Positions 50,241-59,518 of a stretch of 64,000 nucleotides of DNA are shown piece after piece; the first letter of the stretch is position 1; each line of letters begins with the position of its first letter. The stretch covers positions 570,485-634,484 of the forward strand of contig JAGORR010000001.1 in assembly GCA_018062765.1 (NCBI GenBank). The letters run 5' to 3'. The notes beneath the pieces are model-generated. The model did not search any database and was not told the origin of the DNA. It was given only the letters and a program-made list of their open reading frames with translations. A program made the translations under genes and the position numbers. This stretch comes from Minisyncoccota bacterium (GTDB lineage Bacteria > Patescibacteriota > Minisyncoccia > Phycocordibacterales > Phycocordibacteraceae).

Positions 50241-51449
50241 TCAATCTCTGATTCGAGTCAATGCGAGTGCGTATGCAGCTTCGCGCAAGCTCACGTTTCG
50301 GGTCGTCGCGAAGTCAGCGACGTCGCGGTATGCGTCCTTCATAATTTCGTCGAGTTTATCGGTGACGCGCGCCTTGTCCCAGGTTTCTCCGGACTTGTTC
50401 TGGAGCCACTCGAAGTAGGAGACGGTGACACCGCCCGCGTTTGCAAGCACGTCTGGGAGTATCGCAACGCCGCGCTTCGCGAGTAGCTCGTCTGCGTCGG
50501 GAGTCGTCGGACCATTCGCAATTTCGAGTATGACATCCGCAACAACCGACTCTGCGTTATCAGCCCGTATCTGTTCCTCGAGCGCAGCAGGCACGAGTAT
50601 GTCGCAGCCTGCCGTGATGACGTCGTCCGCGTCTCCGTGTGCGCCCTCCGCGTCATGCACGGAACCCTTCTCCTCTTTCGCACGAAGGACCGCCTCGACG
50701 TCGAGCCCATTAGAGTTTGCAACTGTCCCTTTGGAGTCCGCAAGCGCGACGACCGTGACACCCATATCAGAAAGGAGGTGCGCTGCCTGCGCGCCTGCGT
50801 TCCCTGCTCCCTGCACCGCAGCACGGAGTTTCTCCGGATTGCGGTTCTGGTCTTGAAGGAGCGAGGAGAGAACGATGATGGCGCCGTCTGCGGTCGCGGT
50901 GTCCCGCCCTACGATTCCTCCCTTCCCCAATGACTTTCCGGTAATCATCGCAGGAGCTTTGTGTCCGACGATGCGCTCGTACTCCTCGAGCATCACGTCC
51001 ATGATCTCTGAGTTCGTGTAGACATCAGGTGCCGGCACGTCCGTATCAGGACCCAGGTTATCTGCGAACGCCTTCACGTATTCGCGCGAGAGCGCGAAAA
51101 TCTCCCCCGGCGAAAGTTTCTTTGGGTCGACTGCGACGCCGCCTTTTCCACCTCCGAACGGAATATCCACGACCGCGCACTTTATCGCCATCATCGCCGC
51201 GAGTGCCGAGACTTCATCCTCATCTGCGTCCGGATGAAAGCGTATGCCGCCCTTATAGGGGCCGCGCGCGTTGTTGAACTCGATGCGATAGGCAGGGAAC
51301 GTTGCCGTGCCACCCGCGTCCATGACAATAGTCAGGTCTGCCTTCACGATGTGATTGGGTTTTGTAAACGTCTCAAGCTCATCCTCTCCCCAACCAAGGA
51401 GATAGGCGGCTTTGGCAGTGTGGTATTTGAAATGGTCGAAAGCAGCCAT
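50241..51449 (-). CDS. gdhA: Glu/Leu/Phe/Val dehydrogenase family (glutamate dehydrogenase)
   Basis: GGIRFHP. Catalytic-Lys region DIPFGGGKGG. C-terminal NAD(P) Rossmann domain. 402 aa. Confidence 0.85.
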   Translation of the reverse strand: MAAFDHFKYHTAKAAYLLGWGEDELETFTKPNHIVKADLTIVMDAGGTATFPAYRIEFNNARGPYKGGIRFHPDADEDEVSALAAMMAIKCAVVDIPFGGGKGGVAVDPKKLSPGEIFALSREYVKAFADNLGPDTDVPAPDVYTNSEIMDVMLEEYERIVGHKAPAMITGKSLGKGGIVGRDTATADGAIIVLSSLLQDQNRNPEKLRAAVQGAGNAGAQAAHLLSDMGVTVVALADSKGTVANSNGLDVEAVLRAKEEKGSVHDAEGAHGDADDVITAGCDILVPAALEEQIRADNAESVVADVILEIANGPTTPDADELLAKRGVAILPDVLANAGGVTVSYFEWLQNKSGETWDKARVTDKLDEIMKDAYRDVADFATTRNVSLREAAYALALTRIRD

Positions 51450-51528
51450 AGAGAGGAAGCGTACAGGTTAGAGCGGATAGCGTACAGGGAAGGATACGCG
51501 CCAAGCGGAAAGCGGCAAATGGGGACAA

Positions 51529-52056
51529 TTGACTCCCGCCACAGCTCGCGTAGGCTCGGGGCAGACAATTGCTCTTACTAGGGAGGATTCCTTGCGCCTT
51601 GAACAGAATCCACAACTCGACAAAGCCGGTCTTACGCAGCTTTCGATGCTGCTCCGGTACCTCGACGAGGACGAAGTAGCCGTCCCCTTCACCCAGGACG
51701 ACTACGCGCTCCTCCAGGGGAATCGCGGCCTTCTGGTCGTCGTTACTACTGAGGGTAACGACGAGTTCGACGGCGTCGTCGCGGGCGAGATGGTCGCGTG
51801 CGGCATCGTGAACATCGTGCAGATCGGACGCGGTCGCTTCGCGAAGATTGACGACATCGTCACCGATCCTCGCGCTCGAGGTCACTATATAGGCACGTAC
51901 GTCATGCGCATGCTCATGTCCTATGCCGAACGGTATGGGGTGAAGCGCATCGAGCTGACGTGCAGCGAGAAACATGCGGCCGCTATACCTATGTACCTCG
52001 GGCTTGGTTTCAAGGAGTACGAGACCGACGTCTTCCGGTACGACATGTGCCGATGA
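51529..52056 (+). CDS. GNAT family N-acetyltransferase
   Basis: Motif A-like IVQIGRGRFAKI...RGHYIGTYVM. 175 aa. Start uncertain. Confidence 0.55.
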   Translation: MTPATARVGSGQTIALTREDSLRLEQNPQLDKAGLTQLSMLLRYLDEDEVAVPFTQDDYALLQGNRGLLVVVTTEGNDEFDGVVAGEMVACGIVNIVQIGRGRFAKIDDIVTDPRARGHYIGTYVMRMLMSYAERYGVKRIELTCSEKHAAAIPMYLGLGFKEYETDVFRYDMCR

Positions 52057-52292
52057 CCACCCCCGGCTTCGTCTTCCTATTCGGACTCCTCCTTGTCGGC
52101 TCGTTCTTCGCATATGCCGCAAGCCGAGGGCTCTTCAAGGAGAACGGGCTCGAGCATTTCCTTGCGCACATTACGCTCGAGGAATTCGAGCGCTTCCGCG
52201 TAGCGCGCAGTGCGCTCCTCTTCGGATTGTTCTTGCTCCTGGCCTCTGCCGCTCTGTAAGGGCTCGCGTAAACGCGGGCCCTTTACCTTTTC

Positions 52293-52652
52293 CTAGCGCG
52301 AGCGGCCGTCGTACGGCATCCGCTCAATTTTGGCGAGGTCGATATCATCTATGGTGCGGACATTCACCATCGCACCCTTTTCCCCTCCCATGTCCGCGCG
52401 GCCGAAGCATTGGACGCCGCAATGCTTGCAGAACGAATGTTCAATTTTCCCAGTGTTGAAATGATACTTCGCTAGATCCTCCTCTCCCGCAACCTCGAGC
52501 TTCTCTCCATCAACCGCTGATAGAAGCGTTCCCTGCTTCTCGCAGTATGAGCAGTTGCATTCGATGACGGCCTTAGTAAGGTCTATCTCAACCTCGTACC
52601 TGACTTTCCCGCAGTGGCATCCTCCTTTTCTTGTCTCCATGTGGTTAATCAT
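52293..52652 (-). CDS. GFA-family (CENP-V/glutathione-dependent formaldehyde-activating-like) zinc protein
   Basis: GGCHCGKVRYEV, then CNCSYC, then CKHCG cysteine pattern. 119 aa. Confidence 0.75.
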   Translation of the reverse strand: MINHMETRKGGCHCGKVRYEVEIDLTKAVIECNCSYCEKQGTLLSAVDGEKLEVAGEEDLAKYHFNTGKIEHSFCKHCGVQCFGRADMGGEKGAMVNVRTIDDIDLAKIERMPYDGRSR

Positions 52653-52917
52653 TATGCGCTGGTATTGGTGGTCGCTGCATATCGTACGTCCTCTTTTCGA
52701 TTGAACCTACGCAGACGCGCGACCACCCGCCGTCTAATACGGACATCTCAATTGGATTCATCGGATGCGGGAGGCTCACGCCATGACACACCTCGTAGGC
52801 GCAATTCTCAAAGCAGAATCCTGCCCTGCTCTCATAACTGCGAAAGTAGGTAAGAAGACCATACGCGACACACAGTACGAGGAGGAGGAGGATGAGCGCG
52901 ATGTTAAGAAATCTCAT
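52645..52917 (-). CDS. Small membrane-anchored Cys-containing protein
   Basis: 90 aa, N-terminal TM helix. 8-nt overlap with the GFA gene. Confidence 0.35.
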   Translation of the reverse strand: MRFLNIALILLLLVLCVAYGLLTYFRSYESRAGFCFENCAYEVCHGVSLPHPMNPIEMSVLDGGWSRVCVGSIEKRTYDMQRPPIPAHND

Positions 52918-52919
52918 CC

Positions 52920-55121
52920 CTATTTAGCGACCGCGGCTGCTTCGTCGAACTTCACCGAGAGAAGTTTCGAGATGCCGTCCCCGCCCATCGTGACGCCATA
53001 GAGAATTCCCGCGCGGCTCATCGTCTCGCGGTTGTGCGTAATGACGATAAGTTGAGAACGCTTTGCTAGGCTCTCAATCATGTCGCCATATCGGCGGCTG
53101 TTCGCTTCGTCCAGCGCCGCGTCCGTTTCGTCGAGTATCAAAAATGGCGGCGGATTCACCTGACTCATCGCGAAGATAAGAGCGATAGAGGTAAGCGCGC
53201 GCTCGCCGCCTGATAGCTGCATGAGGGCCTGTACGCGTTTCTTGGGGAGATGCACCGCGATATCGACACCAGCCTTCGCGTCTCTCTTTACGCGCGGTGC
53301 GCCCTCATTCTCTTCGTCTTCGTCATCAGTCTCCTGATTCGGCTCTTCGAGGACGAGCTTTGCCGAGCCGCCGCCGAACATGAGCGCGAAGAACTCACCG
53401 AAGGAATCATTCACCTTCTTGAGTCCCTCGGTGAAATTCTTCGCGAGCTCCACGTCGAGCTCCTTAATGAGTTGCTTCAATCCTTCTGCAGAGCGCGAGA
53501 GGTCCTCAAGCTCACGAGAAAGGAACTGCTCGCGCTCGGTTGCCTCCTTAAACTCATGACGCACATCCTCGCCGGTGCCGCCAGCCTCCTCAAGACGAAT
53601 CTTTGCGCGCTCCAGCGCCTTCTTGCGCGCTTCTTGCGCGCTGCGCTCCTCGTGCGCGGCAGCTGCTGGGACATACGAGATGACTTTTCCGACAAGCACC
53701 GCGATTTCAGCGCGATCGCGGTCAAGTTCATCAGCAAGGAGTGCGAGCTCGCGGATGCGGCCGTGTGCGCGCTCCACTTCGCCCTCTAATTTTGCCTTCT
53801 CCTGCGCGAGCTCCACCATACGGTGCGTACCCTCGCGCGCGCCCTCCTCAAACGCGACCGATGCCTCGCGCGCTTTGGCAAGGCGCATGCGCGCCTCTTC
53901 AAGCGCCTCACCGAGTTGCTTGTCCTTGGCGATAAGGCGCTCGTGGTCGCCCGCAAGCGCGAGCGCCGCCTGTTCCTCGTCATGAAGGTACGCATCGCCT
54001 CCGACCGCATAGCGCTCGAAGAAAGCGCGAATAGCACCTGCGACCGCGCCGAGCGCAGCGCGAAGCCCCTCAACCGAGTCACCTCCCTCCTTTGAGCGCT
54101 TATCTATCTCGTCCCGGAGTACGACGAGTTCATCGCGTGGAATCTTCGCGTAGGGATCGCGCGCCGCCGCCTGGCTGCGACGCTTCGCACTTTCAAGCGC
54201 ACCCTCTATTTTCCCGAGCTCGCGCGAAAGCGCGGAGCGCTCCGAAAGGATGCGGTCTACTTCGCGCTCCGTTTCGCGCACCTTCTCCGCCTTACGTATG
54301 CCTTCTTTCTCTATCTCGCTACCCTCTCCAAGAGACGCAAGCTCATGAGCAACTGCCTTGAGCCGCTCTTCGCCGGCTTTCGCAGCACCCTCCATCTTTC
54401 CTTTCTCCTCCGCGAGATACCCTTCCTCGATAGCCAGGTACTCCGCTGCCATAGACTCGAGCGATTTCCGCAATTCGTCAGCGCGCTCTAGCTTCTGCAC
54501 CTGACTCGAAAGGAACTTGAGATGCGGTGAGAGTTCGCGTCGAAGCGCCTCGACCTGTCGAATATTCTCTTCGGTCTTTTCCAGTTTCCGCGAGCTCTCC
54601 TCTTTCCGGAACTCATAGGAAGTGAGACCGAGCGCATCCTCAAGCATCTCGCGGCGCTCACGAGTATTCGCAAGAAGGATACGGTCTGCCTCGCCCTGAG
54701 AAATGATGTGGTGCCCGGTCTCGCCGATATTGGAGGATGCGAGTAGTTCCTGAATATCGCGCAGGCGCGCTTTGGAGCCGTTGATGGAGTACTCGGAGGA
54801 GCCGTCGCGGAAGACCGCGCGCTCTATCTGTATCTCCTCGAAGTCCAGCTTGAACTGCTTCCGGGAATTATCGAACACTACCGCGACCGAAGCGCGGTTC
54901 TGGCGTCCTGTTGATTGCGAACCCGCGAAGATGAGATCTTCGCTACGCTTTCCGCGCATCGATTTCATCGATTGCTCGCCGAGCGCAAAGCGGAAAGCTT
55001 CTGCTACATTCGATTTTCCGGAACCATTGGGGCCAACGATAGCCGTAACGGACGACGAGAAATCGAGCACGGTTTTCCGCGCGAACGATTTGAACCCGGC
55101 TATCTCGAGCCGCTTAAGCAT
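52920..55121 (-). CDS. smc: SMC-family ATPase, short form (733 aa)
   Basis: N-terminal Walker A GPNGSGKSN. Long coiled coils. C-terminal LSGGERALTSIALIFAM...LILDETDAALD...LIVITHNRETM...LYGVTM matches the SMC signature, Walker B and D-loop. Confidence 0.75.
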   Translation of the reverse strand: MLKRLEIAGFKSFARKTVLDFSSSVTAIVGPNGSGKSNVAEAFRFALGEQSMKSMRGKRSEDLIFAGSQSTGRQNRASVAVVFDNSRKQFKLDFEEIQIERAVFRDGSSEYSINGSKARLRDIQELLASSNIGETGHHIISQGEADRILLANTRERREMLEDALGLTSYEFRKEESSRKLEKTEENIRQVEALRRELSPHLKFLSSQVQKLERADELRKSLESMAAEYLAIEEGYLAEEKGKMEGAAKAGEERLKAVAHELASLGEGSEIEKEGIRKAEKVRETEREVDRILSERSALSRELGKIEGALESAKRRSQAAARDPYAKIPRDELVVLRDEIDKRSKEGGDSVEGLRAALGAVAGAIRAFFERYAVGGDAYLHDEEQAALALAGDHERLIAKDKQLGEALEEARMRLAKAREASVAFEEGAREGTHRMVELAQEKAKLEGEVERAHGRIRELALLADELDRDRAEIAVLVGKVISYVPAAAAHEERSAQEARKKALERAKIRLEEAGGTGEDVRHEFKEATEREQFLSRELEDLSRSAEGLKQLIKELDVELAKNFTEGLKKVNDSFGEFFALMFGGGSAKLVLEEPNQETDDEDEENEGAPRVKRDAKAGVDIAVHLPKKRVQALMQLSGGERALTSIALIFAMSQVNPPPFLILDETDAALDEANSRRYGDMIESLAKRSQLIVITHNRETMSRAGILYGVTMGGDGISKLLSVKFDEAAAVAK

Positions 55122-55607
55122 GTATGGGTAAATAGTAGCAGATGCCGAGGAGGCTTCGAATATGAAGCTTCTTCACTCATATTGTTTTCACTACCTGTAT
55201 CGCATCATGCGTGCATGCAAGCACACGCGTACCTAATCCCGCTTTTCGCCGTTATCGGGCTCCTCGTCCTCACGTGGTACATGCTTTCTGTCCCTGTCAT
55301 CGTAGACAGTGCGCACAGTTCGCACGCGCCGCTTTCGGCGATGGCGCTCGAAGCACGTTAAAAACGAAGACCCCATCCACACATGTGTGGCTGGGGTCTG
55401 TTGGCCGCTATGCGGCTTCTTCTTGAGGCTGCGGCATATGCTGCGGCCCGATTTCGATGCCCTCGTAGAAAACATCAAAAGACTCGGCTTCCTGCATTTG
55501 CGCTTTTCGGCACTCTTCATCTTCTATGCGCCTATCCTGGAACTGTATCGGCACTGACTCACTCCTTCTTCTTGTGGGGTACGCCCGCACGGAGTCCTGA
55601 ACAAAGG

Positions 55608-55658
55608 ATTCGCCGCGGTGTGGAGGACCCCGAGAGGTCCTCCACACCGCGGCGAATG
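55608..55658. other. 22-23-bp perfect stem hairpin in a 630-bp gene-poor region
   Basis: ATTCGCCGCGGTGTGGAGGACC-ccgagag-GGTCCTCCACACCGCGGCGAAT. Confidence 0.5.
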
Positions 55659-55761
55659 AGTACAGGAGCTACTTTATCGCAGGCCCCAAAAGCCGTCAAT
55701 ACCCCGCTACTCGGGTTGTGAATAACTCAGAACCGGGTATAACGGTGCCTAGGTACGCCCC

Positions 55762-56127
55762 ATGGAGGGGCCGGAGGAAGAAGCCATGTTCGAGTCAGGA
55801 CAAAAAATAATCGTGAAGCCGCGGATACCACCAGCCGGTCCCTTACTGCTCACCAAGGGCACCGATACAGACTCCGGAGAGCCCAAGGACACTACCGCGT
55901 TCTGGAACGCGCTTGCAGGGAATGGCAGCGAGATCGCCTATCCCGGCGTCGTGAGCTGGACCGCGAGCGCTGCGGATGTCGTGAAGGAAGTCTCCGTGAT
56001 GCTCGACGGATGCATGAATCCGGTCATCTTCTCCGCCTTCGGGGACGCATGGAAGATACCGAATCCACCGGAGATCCATATCTCGTTCCTGCACGTCGCC
56101 CTCTACGACATCAAGGCCGCGCACTAG
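55762..56127 (+). CDS. Hypothetical protein
   Basis: 121 aa ORF. No recognisable motif. Confidence 0.4.
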   Translation: MEGPEEEAMFESGQKIIVKPRIPPAGPLLLTKGTDTDSGEPKDTTAFWNALAGNGSEIAYPGVVSWTASAADVVKEVSVMLDGCMNPVIFSAFGDAWKIPNPPEIHISFLHVALYDIKAAH

Positions 56128-56137
56128 CGCGGCCTTT

Positions 56138-56815
56138 CTACTTATCGAGCGCAGCTTGCGCAGCTGCCTGCTCCGCCTCCTGCTTCGACTTCCCTTCGCC
56201 GCGCGCCACCTCGCGTTCGCCCACATACACCGCGACGGTGAATTTCTTATCGTGATCGGGCCCTTCCTCGCCCAAGGTCTTGTAGGAAGGCGTGACTCCG
56301 TTCTTGTCCTGCGCAATTTCTTGGAAACGGCTCTTCGCGTCCTGGTACGCGCGCTTCTCGATGACCGCGTCAATCTTCGGGAATAGGTGCTTCGCGAGGA
56401 ACGCTTCCGCGACCTCGTACCCCTGATCCAGATAGACAGCGCCAAGAATTGCCTCGAACGCATTCGCAAGAATTATCTGGCGCGCGCGGCCCGTGTCCTT
56501 CGCCTCGCCCTTCGACAGGAGGAGCATGTCATTGACGCCGAGTGCCTCTGCGACCGCCGCAAGAGAGTAGGTATTCACGAGCGCGGCGCGGTACGCCGTG
56601 AGGTCTCCCTCCGGCTTGTTGGGATAGCGATCAAATAGGAAGCGAGTGGCCGCGAGCTCGAGGACGGCGTCGCCCAAAAACTCAAGACGCTCGTTGTGGG
56701 ATGTTGCGACCGCGCGGTTCTCATTGAGGTACGAGCGATGCGTCACCGCCTCCTTGAAGAGGTCGATGTTATTGAAGGAGAATCCGAGCCGATTTGCTGA
56801 TTCCTTGAAATCCAT
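56138..56815 (-). CDS. rnc: Ribonuclease III
   Basis: ERLEFLGDAVLELAATRFLF signature. C-terminal dsRBD. 225 aa. Confidence 0.9.
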   Translation of the reverse strand: MDFKESANRLGFSFNNIDLFKEAVTHRSYLNENRAVATSHNERLEFLGDAVLELAATRFLFDRYPNKPEGDLTAYRAALVNTYSLAAVAEALGVNDMLLLSKGEAKDTGRARQIILANAFEAILGAVYLDQGYEVAEAFLAKHLFPKIDAVIEKRAYQDAKSRFQEIAQDKNGVTPSYKTLGEEGPDHDKKFTVAVYVGEREVARGEGKSKQEAEQAAAQAALDK

Positions 56816-56847
56816 GGGGTCACCTTAACGCAAGGCGTATGAGAGCG

Positions 56848-57756
56848 CTACTTTGCCGCACCAGCCTGGGATGCGTCTAGTATTTCCTGCACAGCGGCAG
56901 TCACGATCGGCAGCATGTCGTCATAGAAATTGAGGTCGAGGATGTCACTCAATTTGAACCACCGCGCATCGTCGAGTCCGCCCTTCTGCTCGAGAACTAT
57001 TTCCTCGTACGGACTTTCCGCGAGGAAATACGTAACGCGCTTCCTAATCTTCCCCTTCTCGGGGTGCGACGCGACATATTCGTTCTCACCCACCTTGCTG
57101 CCGAGCTTTACCGTAAGCCCCATCTCCTCCTTAAGCCCGCGAATGGTGCCGTCGATAAGCTCCTCTCCCGGCGCGATCTTTCCCTTGGACAAAGTCCAGT
57201 GCCCGAACACGTCATGCACGAGCGCAAGATAGTACTGTCCCTGATGCTTCGCGTAGACGACCGCGCCGCCGAGCATCTCCAAGGGCAGATCCTCGCGTCG
57301 TACCATCTTCTTTTTGCCGACCTCGTCCTTCCCGGGCTCCCCTATCTCCTTATAGACCGCACCGAGTACGCCGTTCACGAACCGGCTCGAGGACTCGCCG
57401 CCAAACGTCTTCGCGAGCTCGATGGCCTCGTTGATAGCTACCTTCGCCGGTACCTGCGCCCGGTCGGAGAACAGAAGCTCGTAAAGCCCGATCCGGAGGA
57501 TGTTGCGATCGACCGGCGCGATCTTCTCAAGCGGCCAGTCAGGCGCTGCTTTCGCGATTATTAAATCGATGTCGTCTTTTTTTGCGAGCACTCCGGAGAG
57601 GAGCGTGTCCATAAATGCGCGGTCCGTGGTGTCTCCACCAAACTCATCGATGTTGCGTGTGAGCATCGATGCTGCGTCGCCTGCGGACGCGGCGATAGTG
57701 TCCCATTCGAAAAGGGTCTGTAAGACTATCGAGCGCGCAAGGTGCCGGTTGGCCAT
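56848..57756 (-). CDS. nusB: NusB-like transcription antitermination domain fused to a C-terminal NUDIX hydrolase domain
   Basis: N-terminal MANRHLARSIVLQTLFEWD...SRFVNGVLG (NusB). C-terminal Nudix box GKIAPGEELIDGTIRGLKEEMGL. 302 aa. Confidence 0.75.
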   Translation of the reverse strand: MANRHLARSIVLQTLFEWDTIAASAGDAASMLTRNIDEFGGDTTDRAFMDTLLSGVLAKKDDIDLIIAKAAPDWPLEKIAPVDRNILRIGLYELLFSDRAQVPAKVAINEAIELAKTFGGESSSRFVNGVLGAVYKEIGEPGKDEVGKKKMVRREDLPLEMLGGAVVYAKHQGQYYLALVHDVFGHWTLSKGKIAPGEELIDGTIRGLKEEMGLTVKLGSKVGENEYVASHPEKGKIRKRVTYFLAESPYEEIVLEQKGGLDDARWFKLSDILDLNFYDDMLPIVTAAVQEILDASQAGAAK

Positions 57757-57958
57757 ATGAATCTCTGCTATCTACGATAGCACTTCTTCCAAATCGGTAA
57801 CCGAAATGAAATCCCTACATGTGTACATCGTCGAGCGCATCTCGAAAATCTTCAGGAGCGAGGCGCGGAAAACGGGGCCGCTGAGACGTATAGGAATACG
57901 ACGAAGCGGACACGTAGGTGTCCGCAACAATGCGCCTGGAGATTTTAGAATGCGCGAC

Positions 57959-58303
57959 TTACGCGCCGCCGCCCATTCCGGAACGTGCCTTTGGCTTCCC
58001 CGCTCCCGTAAGCTTTCCGATAAGTCCCTTCTTTACAGTCGTCTGCTCCACATGCTCATGCTCTGCGTGCTCATCAAATTTTGGAAGCTCACCCTCGACG
58101 CCATGCACCTTCTTATCCTTAACCTTCTTTACCTTAGGGGTGAAAAGCTGCTTGCCGCGGTACATTCCGGTCGACTCGTCGAGGCGGTGTGGAAGGCGAA
58201 GTGCGCCCGATTCCTTATCGGTGACGATAGCCATGTTCGTAAGAGCATGGTGGGAACGGCGGTTCTTGGTGTGGGACCGCGTATGGCGCATTCGGACTGA
58301 CAT
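57959..58303 (-). CDS. rpmF: 50S ribosomal protein L32 (bL32) with ~55-aa C-terminal extension
   Basis: [21 protein letters not shown] aligns to the bL32 N-terminus (KRKxS..R.RR.HxAL). 114 aa. Confidence 0.7.
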   Translation of the reverse strand: MSVRMRHTRSHTKNRRSHHALTNMAIVTDKESGALRLPHRLDESTGMYRGKQLFTPKVKKVKDKKVHGVEGELPKFDEHAEHEHVEQTTVKKGLIGKLTGAGKPKARSGMGGGA

Positions 58304-58336
58304 GGAGGGATTTTAGCATTCTAAAGGCAAAAAGCA

Positions 58337-58359
58337 ACGCCGCCCCAGGAGGGCGGCGT
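58337..58359 (-). terminator. Terminator hairpin for the small upstream minus-strand ORF
   Basis: On the minus strand: ACGCCGCCC-tcctg-GGGCGGCGT followed by TGCTTTTTGCCTTT. Confidence 0.5.
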
Positions 58360-58367
58360 GAGCGATA

Positions 58368-58550
58368 TCAGGGGGCCGGAGGACGGAATGTCCTGGTCCC
58401 TTCGCCCGAGAATACGACTGTCTCGCAATCGGACGGCGCGTCCTTAAAAAGCGCCCGCGCGATATCGGCAACCTCCTGCCGCACATGGCGACGGAGGGAT
58501 TCTCCGTAGGCTGGATTGCACCGCGCTGTGTCGTCGTCCATAGCTTTCAC
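58368..58550 (-). CDS. Small hypothetical protein (60 aa)
   Basis: ORF followed by a clear terminator. No motif. Confidence 0.3.
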   Translation of the reverse strand: MKAMDDDTARCNPAYGESLRRHVRQEVADIARALFKDAPSDCETVVFSGEGTRTFRPPAP

Positions 58551-58600
58551 TCCCTACCGCTTCACCTTGCCGAATACTCTCATGGAGCATGAAAAAGCCA

Positions 58601-58622
58601 AGCGCCGCATTTTTGCGGCGCT
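58601..58622 (-). terminator. Terminator hairpin downstream of the rnhB transcription unit
   Basis: AGCGCCGCA-tttt-TGCGGCGCT. A T-rich run (TGGCTTTTTC) follows on the minus strand. Confidence 0.5.
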
Positions 58623-58908
58623 GTAGCGTCTCATGATGAGGATTTAGCCCCGCGATTGCAGGATCGTGCCCTTCCGAAGGGCACCCAGCTTGCGGGGTCG
58701 AGATCGCAGAATGCGAGCCTGTCGCTCATGCAGGGGCGCCCCGAGTGGGGACACCGTATGCAATTAGGCAATTTCGCTCGAGCGAGCAAGTCCTTAATAG
58801 ACGGTTCTTCCTGGTCTGGCCTAGCTAAAGCTAACGCGGCCATGTAACCCCCTTTTGTTCTTATCCAAGACACCGTGCCTTGGACCCGGGGGCGAGTATA
58901 GCACCCTA

Positions 58909-59496
58909 TTAATTTTTGATGAGTCCTAGGAATGACCGACGGTGAATAACCGAGGGTCCATGCATCCTGAGTGCTTCATAGTGCGCTTTCGTGCCGTAGC
59001 CTTTGTGCTTTTCGAATCCGTACTCCGGGTACGCGTTCGCGAGCTCGAGCATGAGCCTATCCCGACGAACTTTCGCCGCTATCGACGCGAGTGATATCAA
59101 GGGCACGGTCGCGTCCCCGCGCACGATGGTTTCCTGCGCATATCCTTCGGGAGCGGAGAGCGAGCCATCAAGCAATATGCGTACACCTGAAAGCTCGGGG
59201 GCCAGGAAACGCACGCCGCGCGCAACCGCGCTGCGGATTGCTGGTACGATGCCGCGCTCGTCTATCTCCGCGGCTTCGCCGTACTCGACGACGAACCGCA
59301 CGTCGCCCCTTCGCGCGCGTTCCTCAAGGAGCGTGAATAGCTTCTCCCGCTTACTCTCTGAAATCGCCTTGGAATCCGCGACACCCGGAAACTCAAGCGC
59401 TACGTCAAACCCCTCCTCTACTATGACGAGCCCGACCGCGACGGGCCCCGCCAGGGGACCGCGTCCGGCTTCGTCGACACCGAGCAGGAAACTCAT
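58909..59496 (-). CDS. rnhB: Ribonuclease HII
   Basis: LLGVDEAGRGPLAGPV and DSK motifs. The ORF track start at 59535 would overlap dnaE. M14 (59496) aligns with the RNase HII N-terminus. Confidence 0.85.
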   Translation of the reverse strand: MSFLLGVDEAGRGPLAGPVAVGLVIVEEGFDVALEFPGVADSKAISESKREKLFTLLEERARRGDVRFVVEYGEAAEIDERGIVPAIRSAVARGVRFLAPELSGVRILLDGSLSAPEGYAQETIVRGDATVPLISLASIAAKVRRDRLMLELANAYPEYGFEKHKGYGTKAHYEALRMHGPSVIHRRSFLGLIKN

Positions 59497-59518
59497 CCGG
59501 AAAGTATACTTACCTTTG

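Noticed and set aside
51379-52122. 247-aa minus-strand ORF
   Set aside because: The plus-strand GNAT ORF has an acetyltransferase motif A. The minus ORF is an Arg/His-rich antisense artifact.
58631-58873. 80-aa minus-strand ORF with four Cys
   Set aside because: No SD, odd composition and no motif. It sits between two terminators, so it could be a small gene, but the support is too weak to annotate.
59003-59518. N-terminal extension of the dnaE ORF
   Set aside because: It overlaps rnhB on the other strand. The DnaE PHP domain begins exactly at the ATG at 59519, aligned with the canonical N-terminus.
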